NCBI RefSeq assembly: GCF_006345805.1
Contig: NC_043005.1
Location: 57,226,001-57,290,000 of the forward strand
Source: Octopus sinensis
Taxonomy: Eukaryota
Direction: 5' to 3'
Length of the DNA: 64,000 nucleotides
Positions within the stretch are counted from its first letter, which is position 1. Each line of letters begins with the position of its first letter. Shown here in pieces: positions 25,130 to 37,926 of the stretch. The position numbers were made by a program, and so were the translations under genes. The notes under the pieces were generated by a model. It saw only the letters and a program-made list of their open reading frames with translations. It did not search any database and was not told the origin of the DNA.

Positions 25130-25423
25130 AAAGTAAAATAGGGGTTATGGGTGTAACCCACTATGGGATAGCATTTATCCAATATACTGAAACAGCTGTA
25201 AGAAATGATTTTAATGACTTCATTAATTTATATTATGACTTTTATATTTTGTATTCTTATCTTATATCTTATATGTATTGAATTATAAGATATTTTATGT
25301 ATGCTTTTGATGTTCTCATTTTGTTAAATGAATAAATAATCCAACATTATAATATCCGAAAGTTAATGAACAAACTAAATTTGTTTCTCCATTTTCTTAT
25401 TTGTATTATATATATATATATAT

Positions 25424-25479
<56 letters not shown>

Positions 25480-25499
25480 CTTTTGTGTGTAAATTTGAA

Positions 25500-25915
25500 T
25501 TTAAAAGTGGGACGAAAGTTTTACGTTCTGAACTCAAATTCCGCCGAGGTCGACTTTGTTTTTCATCCTTTAGGGGTCGATAAATTAAACACCAGAAAAG
25601 CACTGGGGACGATGTAATCGACTTAACCGTCACCCCCGCCCCCCAAACCAGAAATTGCTGGCCTTGTACCAATATGTGAAACCAGTTTTTGTTGTTGCTA
25701 AGGCGGTGAACTGGTAGAATCGTTACCACGCCGGGCAAAATGCTTAGCGGCATTTCGTCCGTCTTTACGTTCTGAGTTCAAATTCCGCTGAGGTCGACTT
25801 TGCCTTTCATTCTTTTGGGGTCGATAAAATAAATACCAGTTGAGAACTGGAGTTGATGTAACCGACTTGCACGCCCCCCTCCCAACCGCCAATTGCTGGC
25901 CTTGTACCAAAATTT
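25500..25915 (+). mobile_element. Two tandem SINE family C copies
   Basis: Two gttc/ctcaaattccgc.gaggtcgactttg cores; the second copy has the aggcggtgaactggtag head. Confidence 0.8.
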
Positions 25916-26149
25916 GAAATCGATATTTGTAGTCGTTTATTAAATCGAAGCTAAGGCTTCTCTCCGTTGCTACTCCGATTTTCTTCAGTTTAACAGCTTT
26001 TCGCAGCCTTTGAAATTCCTACTAATAATCTCAAAGATGAAAACCATATCTAAAAAAAATCTCCATTCCAGTTTCATCTGTTTTGATTAAAAATTAATTT
26101 GCTTCTATTTTTAAATCTAAGGCAAGAAATAATAGCACCTGATCTTAGT

Positions 26150-26482
26150 TAACTATTTCAAAATTACTTCCATCCCATCCATCAGAATCCATACATAAGT
26201 ACGTACATTCATATACGTGAGTATAAAAATTGACGGGTAACTACTCGGAAACTTGAGTCCGTGTGTATCACATAAAGCCGGATATGGGAGCGATGACCTC
26301 TTCTCGCAAATACTAATCGGACACAGAACGTGTGTCCGTAAGCCAGCTGGAAGAGATGTCTTCTTGGGGCTGTAAACCTCAGTAACACTATCCCGTATAA
26401 GACGCCACACTTGGTTAGCAATAACAGGTTACGATTCTGCTTTGTTACTGTTTATATCTCGCCCAGAGATTTTATATAGCCT
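26150..26482 (+). mobile_element. Longer copy of the unnamed repeat family
   Basis: Shares its 3' end with 24940-25092; 26286-26388 aligns almost without gaps to the reverse complement of 18504-18605. Confidence 0.65.
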
Positions 26483-26504
26483 ATATAAATATATATGTGG
26501 AGGA

Positions 26505-26795
26505 TCAATGGCCCAGTGGTTAGGGCAGCGGACTCGCGGTCGTAGGATCGCGGTTTCGATTCCCAGACCGGGCGTTGTGAGTGTTTATTGAGCGAAAACA
26601 CCTGAAAGCTCCACGAGGCTCCGGCAGGGGGTGGTGATCCCTGCTGTACTCTTTCACCACTCTTTCTTTCACTCTTTCTTCTGTTGGTCTGCTCGCTTAG
26701 CCAGCGGGGTGGCGTCATTCGATGGCTAAAACAATGCGAACGCATTGTGACCAGCGATGTGTAACAACATCTGATGGTCTGGTCGGTCACGTGAT
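26505..26795 (+). mobile_element. tRNA-derived SINE family B with well-preserved A and B boxes
   Basis: TGGCCCAGTGGTTAGGGC (A box) and GGTTTCGATTCCC (B box), followed by a non-tRNA body. Confidence 0.8.
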
Positions 26796-26824
26796 ATATA
26801 TATATATCACGTGACCGACCATAT

Positions 26825-26853
<29 letters not shown>

Positions 26854-26855
<2 letters not shown>

Positions 26856-27319
26856 TATATAAAAGGGCTTAGTAAAATAAATTACTTTGCCGCATACTGA
26901 ACTCATTAGAAATAGCAGCTAAAAAACTTTTTTAAAGCTATTTCTAATACTTAAAGAAAATCTCTCTCATATATAGTGTTTGCTTAATTTAACTCACAAA
27001 AGTTTGGGGGTAAGGACATCGAAAAATCAAATGCTAAGGTTATTTGAGAACGTACGTTTCAAGATTAGTCAAAACAACACTTCTATCATAGAAGTGTTGT
27101 TTTGACTAATCTTGAAACGTACGTTCTCAATAACCTTAGCATTTGATTTTTCGATGTCCTTACCCCCAAACTTTTGTGAGTTAAATTAAGCAAACACTAT
27201 ATATGAGAGAGATTTTCTTTAAGTATTAGAAATAGCTTTAAAAAGGTTTTTTAGCTGCTATTTCTAATGAGTTCAGTATGCGGCAAAGTAATTTATTTTA
27301 CTAAGCCCTTTTATATAAT
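26854..27319. repeat. 466-bp near-perfect palindrome with 1-nt spacer at 27087
   Basis: Arms 26854-27086 and 27088-27319 are reverse complements, with one substitution and one 1-nt indel seen. Confidence 0.95.
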
Positions 27320-27844
27320 GTAATAATTTGAATTCGCCTTGAATGGTCCCTTTGCATACTGAACACTTGGTGAAATTGATTAATAATTAATTAATTTTGC
27401 CCTCAATTGTTGAAATTATATATATATATATATATATACTCTCTTTACTCTTTACTCTTTTACTTGTTTCAGTCATTTGATTATGTCCATGTTGGAGCAC
27501 CGCCTTTAGTCAAGCAAATCGATCCCAGGACTTACTCTTTGTAAGCCTATTACTTATTCTATCGGTCTCTTTTGCCGAACCGCTAAGTTACGGGGACGTA
27601 AACACACCAGCATCGGTTGTCAAGCCTAACCACTCGGCCACGCACATATGTCGGTAGGAAAGACCGTTTCCCTAGAGCTTTTTCAAGGCTTCCGTTACTG
27701 GTTAGAAGGAAGAAGGGAATTAGCTACGAACTATCGACCTGGCTCCGATGCTTGCACCAGAGTGGACTCGCGCGCCTTTTAGAGAAAGAGTCCACACGGT
27801 ATGGCGGTAATAAAACGGACGATGGGTTATTTCTACCACCGTAG

Positions 27845-28265
27845 TAACTCTTTACTCTTTTACTTGTTTCAGTCATTTGACTGCGGCCATGCTGGAGCAC
27901 CGCCTTTAGTCGAGCAACTTGACCCCGGGACTTATTCTTTTGTAAGCCCAGTATTTATTCTATCGGTCCGCTTTTGCCGAACCGCTAAGTGACGAGGATG
28001 TAAACACACCAGCATCGGTTGTCAAACAATGCTAGGGGGACAGACACACAAACATACACACACACACACATACATACATATATATATATATATATACATA
28101 TATACGACGGGCTTCTTTCAGCTTCCGTCTACAAAATCCACTCACAAGGCATTGGTCGGCCCGGGGCTATAGCAGAAGACACTTGCCCAAGGTGCCACGC
28201 AGTGGGACTGAACCCGGAACCATGTGGTTGGTTAGCAAGCTACTTACCACACAGCCACTCCTGCG
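27845..28265 (-). mobile_element. Full-length SINE family A
   Basis: Head caggagtggctgtgtggtaag...ggttcagtcccactgcgtggcaccttgggcaagt (CORE-like); tail (AAGAGTA)n. Confidence 0.9.
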
Positions 28266-29217
28266 CCTATAGTAATCTACAAATGAATCTGGATTTGAAC
28301 TAGGAATGTAAAAATACCGCCAATGCATCGCTTTAAGCAGTTAATTTATTTATCGACTTCAGAAAGACTGAAAGGCAAAGTTGACCTCAACGTGTTTTAA
28401 ATTCACAATGCAAAGAGCGGGAATAAAAAGCGCGAAACATTTCGTCCGACGCAGTAAAGCTTATGCCAATTCGATTACCTGGTCGAACAGCCTTATGACA
28501 CACAAATATTCCAGCCATGACCATCTTGTCTGTGAATATCTAGGAATACATTGTAGAACGTGTCCTTCGTCACTATGTCCGCAATTTTTTTCTAAAGGCG
28601 GTAGGCGTAATTTGATTAAGATTTCGTTGCTATTTCTAGCAGTTGAAGTCACAGAATACACAGAGGTTCATTTTGCATAGTGTAGTTTGAGTATGTGCCA
28701 CACGGGGTCGGCTCATAAGCCTATACAGATTTATGCAGCAGACCCAAAAATGTCTCCCTCACAAAAGCGTCGGCCAGGGTAGACCGTGGCTTCCCGCTCC
28801 TATCGCCCCCTCGCCCGTCTCCCCTCGCCTCCTCTCCTCGTGCTCCATCCCTTCTCTCACCCCTCGCGCTCCATCCCTTCTCTCACCCCTCGCCTCTTCT
28901 ATCGCTCCCATGTAGTGAGATTCACTACATTATTTGACACTTCTGAAGGTAAAAACCAAGCAAATTGGGTGTGCTACTTACTATGTAGTAATATATACGC
29001 AATGGTAGGGCTTCACATATATATATTTAATACACAGAATGTTCACGCACCCCACTTAGGTATTTTTCATAAGATATATTAATACATAACGCTATTTTTG
29101 TCGTTCATATATCCTACGATAATTTGCGAACCCCAGTATAGTGACTGCTTAAACATGTATTTAGATACAATTATAAATTTGCGGACTATTCAGCTCATCT
29201 TTGTCAATATACATATC

Positions 29218-29805
29218 TCTTTTACTCTTTTACTTGTTTCAGCCATTTGACAGCGACCATGCTGGAGCACCGCCTTTAGTCGAGCAAATCGACCCCAGGA
29301 CTTATTCTTTGGAAGCTGAGTACTTATTCTATCGGTCTGCTTTGTTACGGGGACGTAAACACACCACCATCGGTTGTCAAGTGATGTTGGGAGGACAAAC
29401 ACAGACACACAAACATATACACACACACACATATATATATCCCAAATCCACTCACAAAGCTTTGGTCGGCCCGAAGCTATAGTAGAAGACACTTGCCCAA
29501 GGTGCTACGCAGTGGGAATGAACCCGGAACCATGTGGTTGGTAACCAAGCTACTTACCACACAACCACCCCTGCACCTATACGTACAATATATTTTTATG
29601 TTTTTATCTTTTACTTGTTTTAATCATTAGACTGCGGCCACGCTGGAACATCGTCTTGAAGAAACTTAGTCAAATAAATCAACCTTAGGGCATGTATTTT
29701 TTTTAAAGACTGGCACTTATTCTATCGGTATTTTTTTACCGAACCACTGCTAAGTTACGGAGATACAAACACACCAGCATTAGTTGTCAAACGGTGGTGC
29801 GGGAC
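29218..29805 (-). mobile_element. SINE family A, full copy plus adjacent partial copy
   Basis: Colinear with 27845-28265. Confidence 0.85.
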
Positions 29806-30345
29806 GCGAATTTTTTTCCCCACGAGAGTTCCGGACCCCAGAAATGAACTCATTTACATAGAACCAATCAGAGCTCACCTTGGTCTTGTTGTCAAGTTAA
29901 CAAACACATTACCAAGTAAACTCACGACTAAGAATGGTGCTGTGAGTCGACCGATCGCGAAGTTGTGTCTGGTTTTAGGAGACAAGTAATTAGAGAGATT
30001 TGCGTCTATACCTATTATTGAATTTTGTTTGAGCCCCATGTGGTAAAGATGTGGATGGGGAACATGTGGGTAGAGGGTGATGTGCTAGAACCCCCTCTTA
30101 CTGTTTTACAATGTAAACAACAACACAAATAACTACACGGAGGCAGCCATGGTTGAAACAAGAACAACATGCATTACTAAAGGAGAAAAAGAAGCATGGT
30201 CATTCCTTACCTAAGTGACCTTAATTTATCGCCCATCACTTACTTGTTATGCACTCATAAATTAGCTTGATAGCTGAGTTCTGATTGGCAGTATGCAGAT
30301 GAGATCATAACTGAGGTTCGGAACTCTCGAGGGAAAAAATTTCGC
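29806..30345. mobile_element. MITE with 9-bp TSD (Mutator-like), inserted in a SINE
   Basis: TSD GTGCGGGAC (29797-805 and 30346-54); ~30-bp TIRs GCGAATTTTTTTCCCCACGAGAGTTCCG / CGGAACTCTCGAGGGAAAAAATTTCGC. Confidence 0.85.
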
Positions 30346-30387
30346 GTGCGGGACAAACGCATACACACATTCACACACACACACACA

Positions 30388-30427
<40 letters not shown>

Positions 30428-30519
30428 ATAGATACATACATGCATACATACATATTTATGTATATACATACATACATACATACATACATACATACATACT
30501 ACATACATACATACATACA

Positions 30520-30574
<55 letters not shown>

Positions 30575-30579
<5 letters not shown>

Positions 30580-31050
30580 ACTATGGCCTCGGGCCGACCA
30601 AAGCCTTATGAGTGGATATGGTAGACGGAAACTGAAAAAAGCCCGTCTTATATACATGTATATGTTTGTGTGTCTGTGTTTGTCTCCCCCCACCATCGCT
30701 TGACAATCGATGTTGGTGTGTTTACGTCCCCGTAACTTAGCGGTTCAGAAAAAGAGACCAATAGAATAAGTGCTAGGCTTACAAAGAATAAATCCTGGGG
30801 GTCAATTTCTCCGACTAAAGACTAATGGCAGTGCTCCAGCGTGGCCGCAGTCAAATGCCTGAAACAAATAAAAGAATATACATATATATATATATTTACG
30901 ACAGTCTTCTTTCGGTTTCCGCCTACCAAACCCACTCACAAGGCTTTTGGTCGGCACGGGGCGACAGCAGAAAACACTTGCCTTAGATGCCACGCAGTGG
31001 GACTGAATCCGGAACCACGTGGACGAGAAGTAAAATTCTTACTACACATC
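30575..31050. mobile_element. SINE family A fragments, plus copy followed by minus copy
   Basis: Family A body on plus at 30580-30875; head region on minus at 30900-31045. Confidence 0.75.
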
Positions 31051-31282
31051 TACGCTTCACGCCCCCCCCCCCCACATACCTACACAAAATATATACATTA
31101 ACCGGAGGTTGCAACGGAAGATTCTAACTGTTGTCAGAGCAGCCGCAGTGAAATCTAAGCTCAGAAAGGCGTAGAGCCGGAATACTTCCAAAACGAAAAT
31201 ACCGTACAGTAGGACTAGAACGCGGACGCGCTTGTTTGAGAAGTGATCCTCTGAATCCCAGGACCTTGGAAGTCTTAAGTTG

Positions 31283-31835
31283 TATCCCATTATTAGAAAT
31301 TAGCGGGACCCGTGAATATTTCTCGGAATTAATGGTAAACTTATTAGGTTATTTCTGAAAACTTTATCCAAAAAAACCCGAAAACGTAGCCTGTGTTGTG
31401 TCCGTATCAAAAGATAGTCGCTCATCTGCTAATCATCATTGAAAAGTGAAGGAAATTGGAATACGATGATTGCTTAAAGCAATTTATATATACACTTTAT
31501 ATACTTTATACACAATTTTAGAGACTTAATACACAACACTCTCCCTCTTTCTCTCTCACTCTTCGCCTTACCCTCTTTTTCTCTCTCCTTTTTCTTTCGC
31601 TTTTCGCCTTTCCCTTCAACTAGTCACGTGAAAGCGTTACAAAGGGAGGAGGAATAAAAGCTTAGTTAAAAAAACCCCCCACACATTTCACTCATTACCA
31701 CTTCTCTCTCCTCCTCCCCTCCCCGTCCCCACTCTCCTATTCTTCCCCTCCTCCTCCTCCTTCAGTTAATCACGCGGAAGCGTTACGGACGGGCTAAGTA
31801 ACTGAGTGACAAGCAGAAATATTATAAGGTAGTTA
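31283..31835 (-). mobile_element. Possible non-autonomous Helitron-type element
   Basis: tagcgggacccgtg-type end at ~31290 and gacaagcagaaatattataaggtag end at ~31830 resemble Helitron termini; not exact. Confidence 0.35.
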
Positions 31836-32168
31836 AGAATAGATTTACCGGATTGGTTAAGCGTTAGACCAAATGGATGTTTTAGAATTTAGTTAAAGCC
31901 CTTTACGTGAGAGTTCATTTCTTATTCAAGTTGCCTTCTTACTCATATTTTATTTTTATAAACTAAATTAGTTATTCAATGACGTCATTCTTGGTTGAAT
32001 GAATGAATGTCTAAAGTTAAGTTTGGTTTGGCGTTTCTTTGTGTTGACGTTCTTTAACTGCTAACATTTTTTCAGATTTTCAGTTAGAATTTCACTAATT
32101 TGAATTACCTTGATAAATTTGTGTTGACATAAATTTTCGTGAGTGTGGGTGTGTGCACATATCAATAT

Positions 32169-32568
32169 AGGAGTGGCTGTGTGGTAAGTAGCTTGCTAAC
32201 CAACCACATGGTTCCGGGTTCAGTCCCACTGCGTGGCACCTTGGGCAAGTGTCTTCTGCTATAGCCCCGGGCCGACCAATGCCTTGTGAGTGGATTTGGT
32301 AGACGGAAATTGAAAGAAGCCCGTCGTATATATGTATATATGTGTGTGCGTGTATGTTTGTGTGTCTGTGTTTGTCCCCCTAGCATTGCTTGACAACCGA
32401 TGCTGGTGTGTTTACGTCCCCGTTACTTAGCGGTTCGGCAAAAGAGACCGATAAAATAAGTACTGGGCTTACAAAAGAATAAGTCTCGGGGTCGGGTTGC
32501 TCGATTAAAGGCGGTGCACCAGCATGACCGCAGTCAAATGACTGAAACAAGTAGAAGAGTAAAAGAGT
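32169..32568 (+). mobile_element. Full-length SINE family A
   Basis: Intact head, internal (TA/TG) tract and AGTAAAAG tail. Confidence 0.92.
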
Positions 32569-32585
32569 ATATATATATATATATT

Positions 32586-33010
32586 ACTGAGATGTACTTG
32601 CATAGCAAGTAACCTGATCTGAGATCGTGTGCTGGAACGAAAACAATTGCAGCGTGGAAGGTGTTTATAAGCCGTTTAAGAAACACACAAAAACCGTTAG
32701 ATTCACTTCAACATTTAAATTTAATTTGACAAAATATTTTCGTCGCTTTGAGACCGCGACCTGTTCACTGACAAAATTTCATGCAGCACTATATATATAT
32801 AGCGGCGCGACCTCGTGTGTACCGTTGGCGATTTTTTTTTCCTCTGTCTTCCCTTCTCTGGATCTTTCCTTTTCCTATGTTTCCGACGAAGAGCTCCGCT
32901 CGAAACGTTAAATCCTCCTTCTTCCCTTCCTTCCTGAGCGTCCAATAATACTATATTTGTTCCACGTCCTCGCGTTGTTTTCTCTTAGTGTTTTCATGTT
33001 TGGATTAACT

Positions 33011-33015
<5 letters not shown>
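32586..33015. mobile_element. Two short Penelope-type terminal modules, each bounded by (TA)n
   Basis: TA tracts at ~32570, ~32790 and ~33015. The second module contains a minimal hammerhead-like motif; a degenerate relative lies at ~51770-51900. Confidence 0.5.
32879..32913 (+). ncRNA. Candidate minimal type I hammerhead ribozyme
   Basis: GTTT-CCGACGA-A-GAGC(TCC)GCTC-GAA-ACGT-T-AAAT; palindromic stem III; U4-to-C core variant. Confidence 0.55.
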
Positions 33016-33064
<49 letters not shown>

Positions 33065-34049
33065 CACGTTTATGTGTGTAAAGCCGTTTATTGTGATCGC
33101 TTTGGAATAGAGCTTTTTAGGTAACAATAACAGGTTGATGCTTTGGTCCCTCTAAACTTGATAATCGTTTGATAACATTATCCGTGATTACTCTAAACGG
33201 ATCTAAAGGAAAAGATCCCTCTAAACGGCTTCCTCTGTGTGTGTGCGTGCGTGTGTTCGTGTTCACAATGTGCTTTCACTCACTTTCTGTCTTGCAAAGC
33301 TTGGTCAGCTTTGAGACTATAAGAACTTGCCCAAGAAGCCGTGCAATGAAACTGGCCCCGAAATTGCGTGGTTGCAGAGCGAACCTTTTAATCACACGTA
33401 GCGATGACCGCTTACAACACAGTTTTCGTTCCTCAAATTCTTATCACAAGTTATTAGTTTCACCCAAGACCACACACACAAAGCAAGAAAGAAAAAAAAA
33501 TGATCTAAGGAATGACACAGTGGGATTCGAACCTAGAACCACGTAGTTGCTAAACGAACGTTGTATTGGTTCTCGTGTTTATGTGTAATGTATATCCTTG
33601 TTGTCTCTAATCAAAGTCAAGTTGATACTATTTAAGCCTTTTAAACGCCTGGCATTTTTTCTTTCTCAATAACTAAACATCGACGTCTATTTTTCGCTCA
33701 TTCACCCTTTCTCTCTCTCTCCCGTTACTTCTTTCATCTTCTCCTCCTCCTCCTCCTTACGCTCACATTTTGAATCGTTTTTTATTTTTTGTTTCTCCCC
33801 CTTTTCCTTTCACATGTTTATGTGCCTTTCTATTTCATCTTCCTCTTTCTTCTCCCTCCCCTTCCCCCTCTCTCTCTTTGTTTTCTTCGTCATTGTTATC
33901 TTGTCATTATGCTCAGTAATTCACAATCGCTATTAATTAAACTGCCACCCCTCCTCTTCACTCACTCTATTTTAATTCAGTTTTTTTTTGTTTTCACCAT
34001 TCTGTCTTTTCATAGTTTATTTTTAGCACATCTACCTAGTCTATATACC

Positions 34050-34143
34050 TATCTACATGTTTATCTATCTATCTATCTATCTATCTATCATCTATCTATC
34101 TATCTCTGTCTGTGTGCAGTCCTGTGTGGCTAATAAAGAAACA

Positions 34144-34217
<74 letters not shown>

Positions 34218-34222
34218 GCTAG

Positions 34223-34280
<58 letters not shown>

Positions 34281-34285
34281 CTTTC
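34050..34285. repeat. (TCTA)n microsatellite within a CT-rich low-complexity zone (33.6-35.5 kb)
   Basis: Direct reading. Confidence 0.95.
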
Positions 34286-34643
34286 TCTCTCTCTATTTAT
34301 CAATCTATGGACTTATTCATTTGTTTATCTATTTTCTCAAATCACTACATTTTCCCGGTCTTGTCTGTTGCCGTCACATTTGGATATAAAGTGAGTGCCT
34401 TATTAAACAGGTCTCTTTCATAATTGTTCTTGTATACATAGAATGTGTATATACGTCTATGTCGAAATTTCTCTTAATTACTCTCTAAAAACGTGTTACT
34501 GAATCACATCTCTCTGTTACATTCCTCATCGTTTCTCTCTCTCTCCCTCTCTGCATTCCGCTTCTCTCTTTTTCTCCTCATCTAAATCTATCCTTTTTTT
34601 TTTCTTTTTATATATTTATTAATTTCATTCTCTCTCTGCATTC

Positions 34644-34679
<36 letters not shown>

Positions 34680-35503
34680 TCTATTCTATTCTATTCTGCT
34701 ACTTACTTTCCTCCTTTCTCCATCGCTCTATCTCAGTCACCCTCCTTCGTTAGTCTTGCAGTTTCATCTCTCTCTCTTTCTATAGATTAAAAGACAATCT
34801 GTTTTTATTCACCGTTCTCTCTTCCTATTTGTCAGTCTGTCTGTCTGTCTCTCTCTCTCTATCTATATATATATACACGCATGCACACATACATATCATC
34901 ACTACATTCTCCTTTCACTTCTCTATTCTTCTTTATCTCTCTCTCTCTCTCCTCTCCTCATCAATTCACTTATTACAATCATCTACTTGTCATCTCACCA
35001 CTCTCTTTTTTTTTCAGCTAAACCGTTCTCTGTCTCTCCCTTTCTTTTTCCTGTTATTTTCATCTCTCACTGAGCACCTCTTAAGACTGTCATCATTTCA
35101 CCTCTTCCCCCTCTCTCTCTCTCTTTGCTCTCATCCTCGTCGATCTCCCGTCTCTTTCTGCACCCCTCTTTAGTTTGCCATCCTTTCTTTCCCTCCTCCT
35201 CCTCTCTCATGACAGCTTAATTTATCTTCCCCCACTCCACACTTCCTCATGGTTTTCTTCCTCTACTTTTTTTCCCCCTGCTGCCTGCATCAGTTCTCTC
35301 GAAGCCCCCCCTCTCTCTCTCTCTTACACATATATACAGCACACTCCTTTGAAGCCAAGTTGCTTCTCTGTCTCAGTTCCCACTATCCTTCTCAGTCGAC
35401 TGAAAAATTCACACTACTCCTCAACTACTTTCTCCTTACTCCTACCCTAATACACATACATAAATACATACACACATATATAGATACACACACACACATA
35501 TAT

Positions 35504-35536
<33 letters not shown>

Positions 35537-35989
35537 TGTTTCTATGTCTTTCTCCTTCCATCACAATTATACCAATTCGACAGACATGTAACGGACTATA
35601 CCGACACAAGACGGCGGTGTTTCCTTTGCATCACTCAACACCATTAGAAACACTGTATGTATATCTATATAAATCAATCTCCCTTACACACGTGTGTTGT
35701 GTGAATATATAAGAAAAAAATGTATATATAATATACATTTAATGCTCTCTGACTTTGTATATATGAATGTCTAAATATTGGTATGAATTCCTATATCTAT
35801 GTCTATATATGTACCTATACTGAAGTAGGAATAATTTCTCCCTTCCTCCCTTTATACACACACATATATATATATATATATATACACATTTATGTGTGTG
35901 TAGTTTTGTCATGAAACTGCGAGCGCATGTATGTTTGTGCGTGTATCTATCTATCTATATATATATATATATTATATATATATAATGTA

Positions 35990-36189
35990 CAATAATCCCT
36001 CGACTATCGCGGGTGTTACGTTCCAAAATCCCTCGCGATCGGTGAAAATCGCGAAGTAGAAACAGTATTGTACTGTAATATGTTTTATCATTTTTATATA
36101 TTTGTTTTATTGTAAATGCAAATCGACACCACGGAGGAGGAATCGACGTAATCTTAAATAATAAACCGCGATATGGCGAGGGATTACTG
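35990..36189. mobile_element. pogo/Tigger-like MITE with TA TSD
   Basis: TA|CAATAATCCCTCG...CGAGGGATTACTG|TA; same family as 9550. Confidence 0.88.
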
Positions 36190-36679
36190 TATATATTAAT
36201 GCATATATATACTGTATATATTAATTTTTCATTTTATACACACACACACACACACACATAATACATTCAGGCTCATGTCCATGAACATGTGTGTGGAATA
36301 CATAAATGCTTATGTGTGTGTGCTCGCATATATATATAAATATATATATATATATGCGGGCACACACACATAAGCATATATATATATATATATATAACGG
36401 GAATTCGCGCGTGCGTATATCCCTATATGTCTTTCATAATCTCAGAGCGATCGGCACTTTTTCTAATTACATAGATGTTTCTCTTTTTTTTCCGAGAAGT
36501 GTTAACATTTTATTACAGATTCTTTCGTATTCGACCACCACAACCTCTTCTATAAATTTCTCGTTTTCTTTTTCCCCCTTCTGGATACATATTGCTTGTA
36601 AATGAAGAATTCTTACTGCCTTTCACAAGACTCCATTAAGTGGTCACACGCACGTCGATACATAATTAAATATGTACAC

Positions 36680-36867
36680 ACGCACGTATTACAGGTGTAT
36701 GTATATGTGTGTGCGTACATACCTAAATGTAGGTGTACGTACATATATACATACGTTCATACATAGGTGTTTATCTGTACAGATGTGTGTGTATACGTAC
36801 GTACAAGGATGTATACGTGTACATTCGTAGGTTTATGTGCATGAACAAACAGGTGTGTATGTATATG

Positions 36868-36908
<41 letters not shown>

Positions 36909-37335
36909 CACACATAAGTATATGTATGTGTATAATATATATATTACACACATAAGTGTATGTATGTGTATACACAGATGTATGTATATAGGTGTTTATC
37001 TGTACAGAGGTGAGTGTGCGTACGTAGGTGTATGAGTGTATGAACATACATAGGTGTGTATATACACACACATAAGTGCATATATATGTACATGTATGTA
37101 TGTGTCTGTATACGTACATGGGTGCATGTATATGTCTATTCGCACATGGATGTTTGTATGTATGTGTCTGTATATGTACGTGGATGTATGTATGTATATG
37201 TACGTACATCTACGTAGATGTATGTGTGCATACTTACATAGAGAGATGTATATATGTATGTGTATATACATGAATGTATGCGTGTGTGTATGTACATGTG
37301 CATGAGAGTAATGTATATGTTTGTACGTACATACC
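36680..37335. repeat. Degenerate (TG/TA/TACG) low-complexity repeat
   Basis: Direct reading; internal gtgtttatctgtacag unit recurs. Confidence 0.85.
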
Positions 37336-37449
37336 TATATAGAATATCTAGTTTGTTCACCTACTTCTAATTTCTGAAGAATACATATTTTCAAATGAAA
37401 TTGTATGACGATATATTTTCAAGGATGTAGATTACAATTATGTTAATGA

Positions 37450-37512
<63 letters not shown>

Positions 37513-37884
37513 AATTTCGGATCGTTCTTCTCCTGCTCCCTTCTAACACTCTTTAGAATGCTTATTTTAAAATGGAATTTCGCAGAAATAGGTTTCGAGA
37601 TTGTTGTCAAACATAAAACTTAAACAGAAAGTGAAAAATGCTAAAGTTACGGAAACTGATAAAAGTCAGAGGATGGTGGGGAGAAAAAAGACCCGGAACT
37701 CCTCCAAAAATTTTAATTTTATTCCTAAGTGTAAGTGAGCACAATTTACGTCATTGAAAATGCGAAATTCCAATTTGTTCACACATTTGTATGAATAGAT
37801 ATGCATTTATACACTGGCATAGGTATATATGCATGTAATACATATATTCATGTGTATGTGTGCTGCGTGTGAGCGTGTATGTGT

Positions 37885-37926
<42 letters not shown>

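Noticed and set aside
26505-26580. Bona fide tRNA genes here and at ~10430, ~32170 and ~33500
   Set aside because: A/B boxes run into SINE bodies and I could not complete a cloverleaf acceptor stem.
28700-29140. Possible hAT MITE with an internal 25-bp tandem repeat
   Set aside because: Terminal similarity (GGGGTCGGC / GCGAACCCC) is too weak and no TSD was found.
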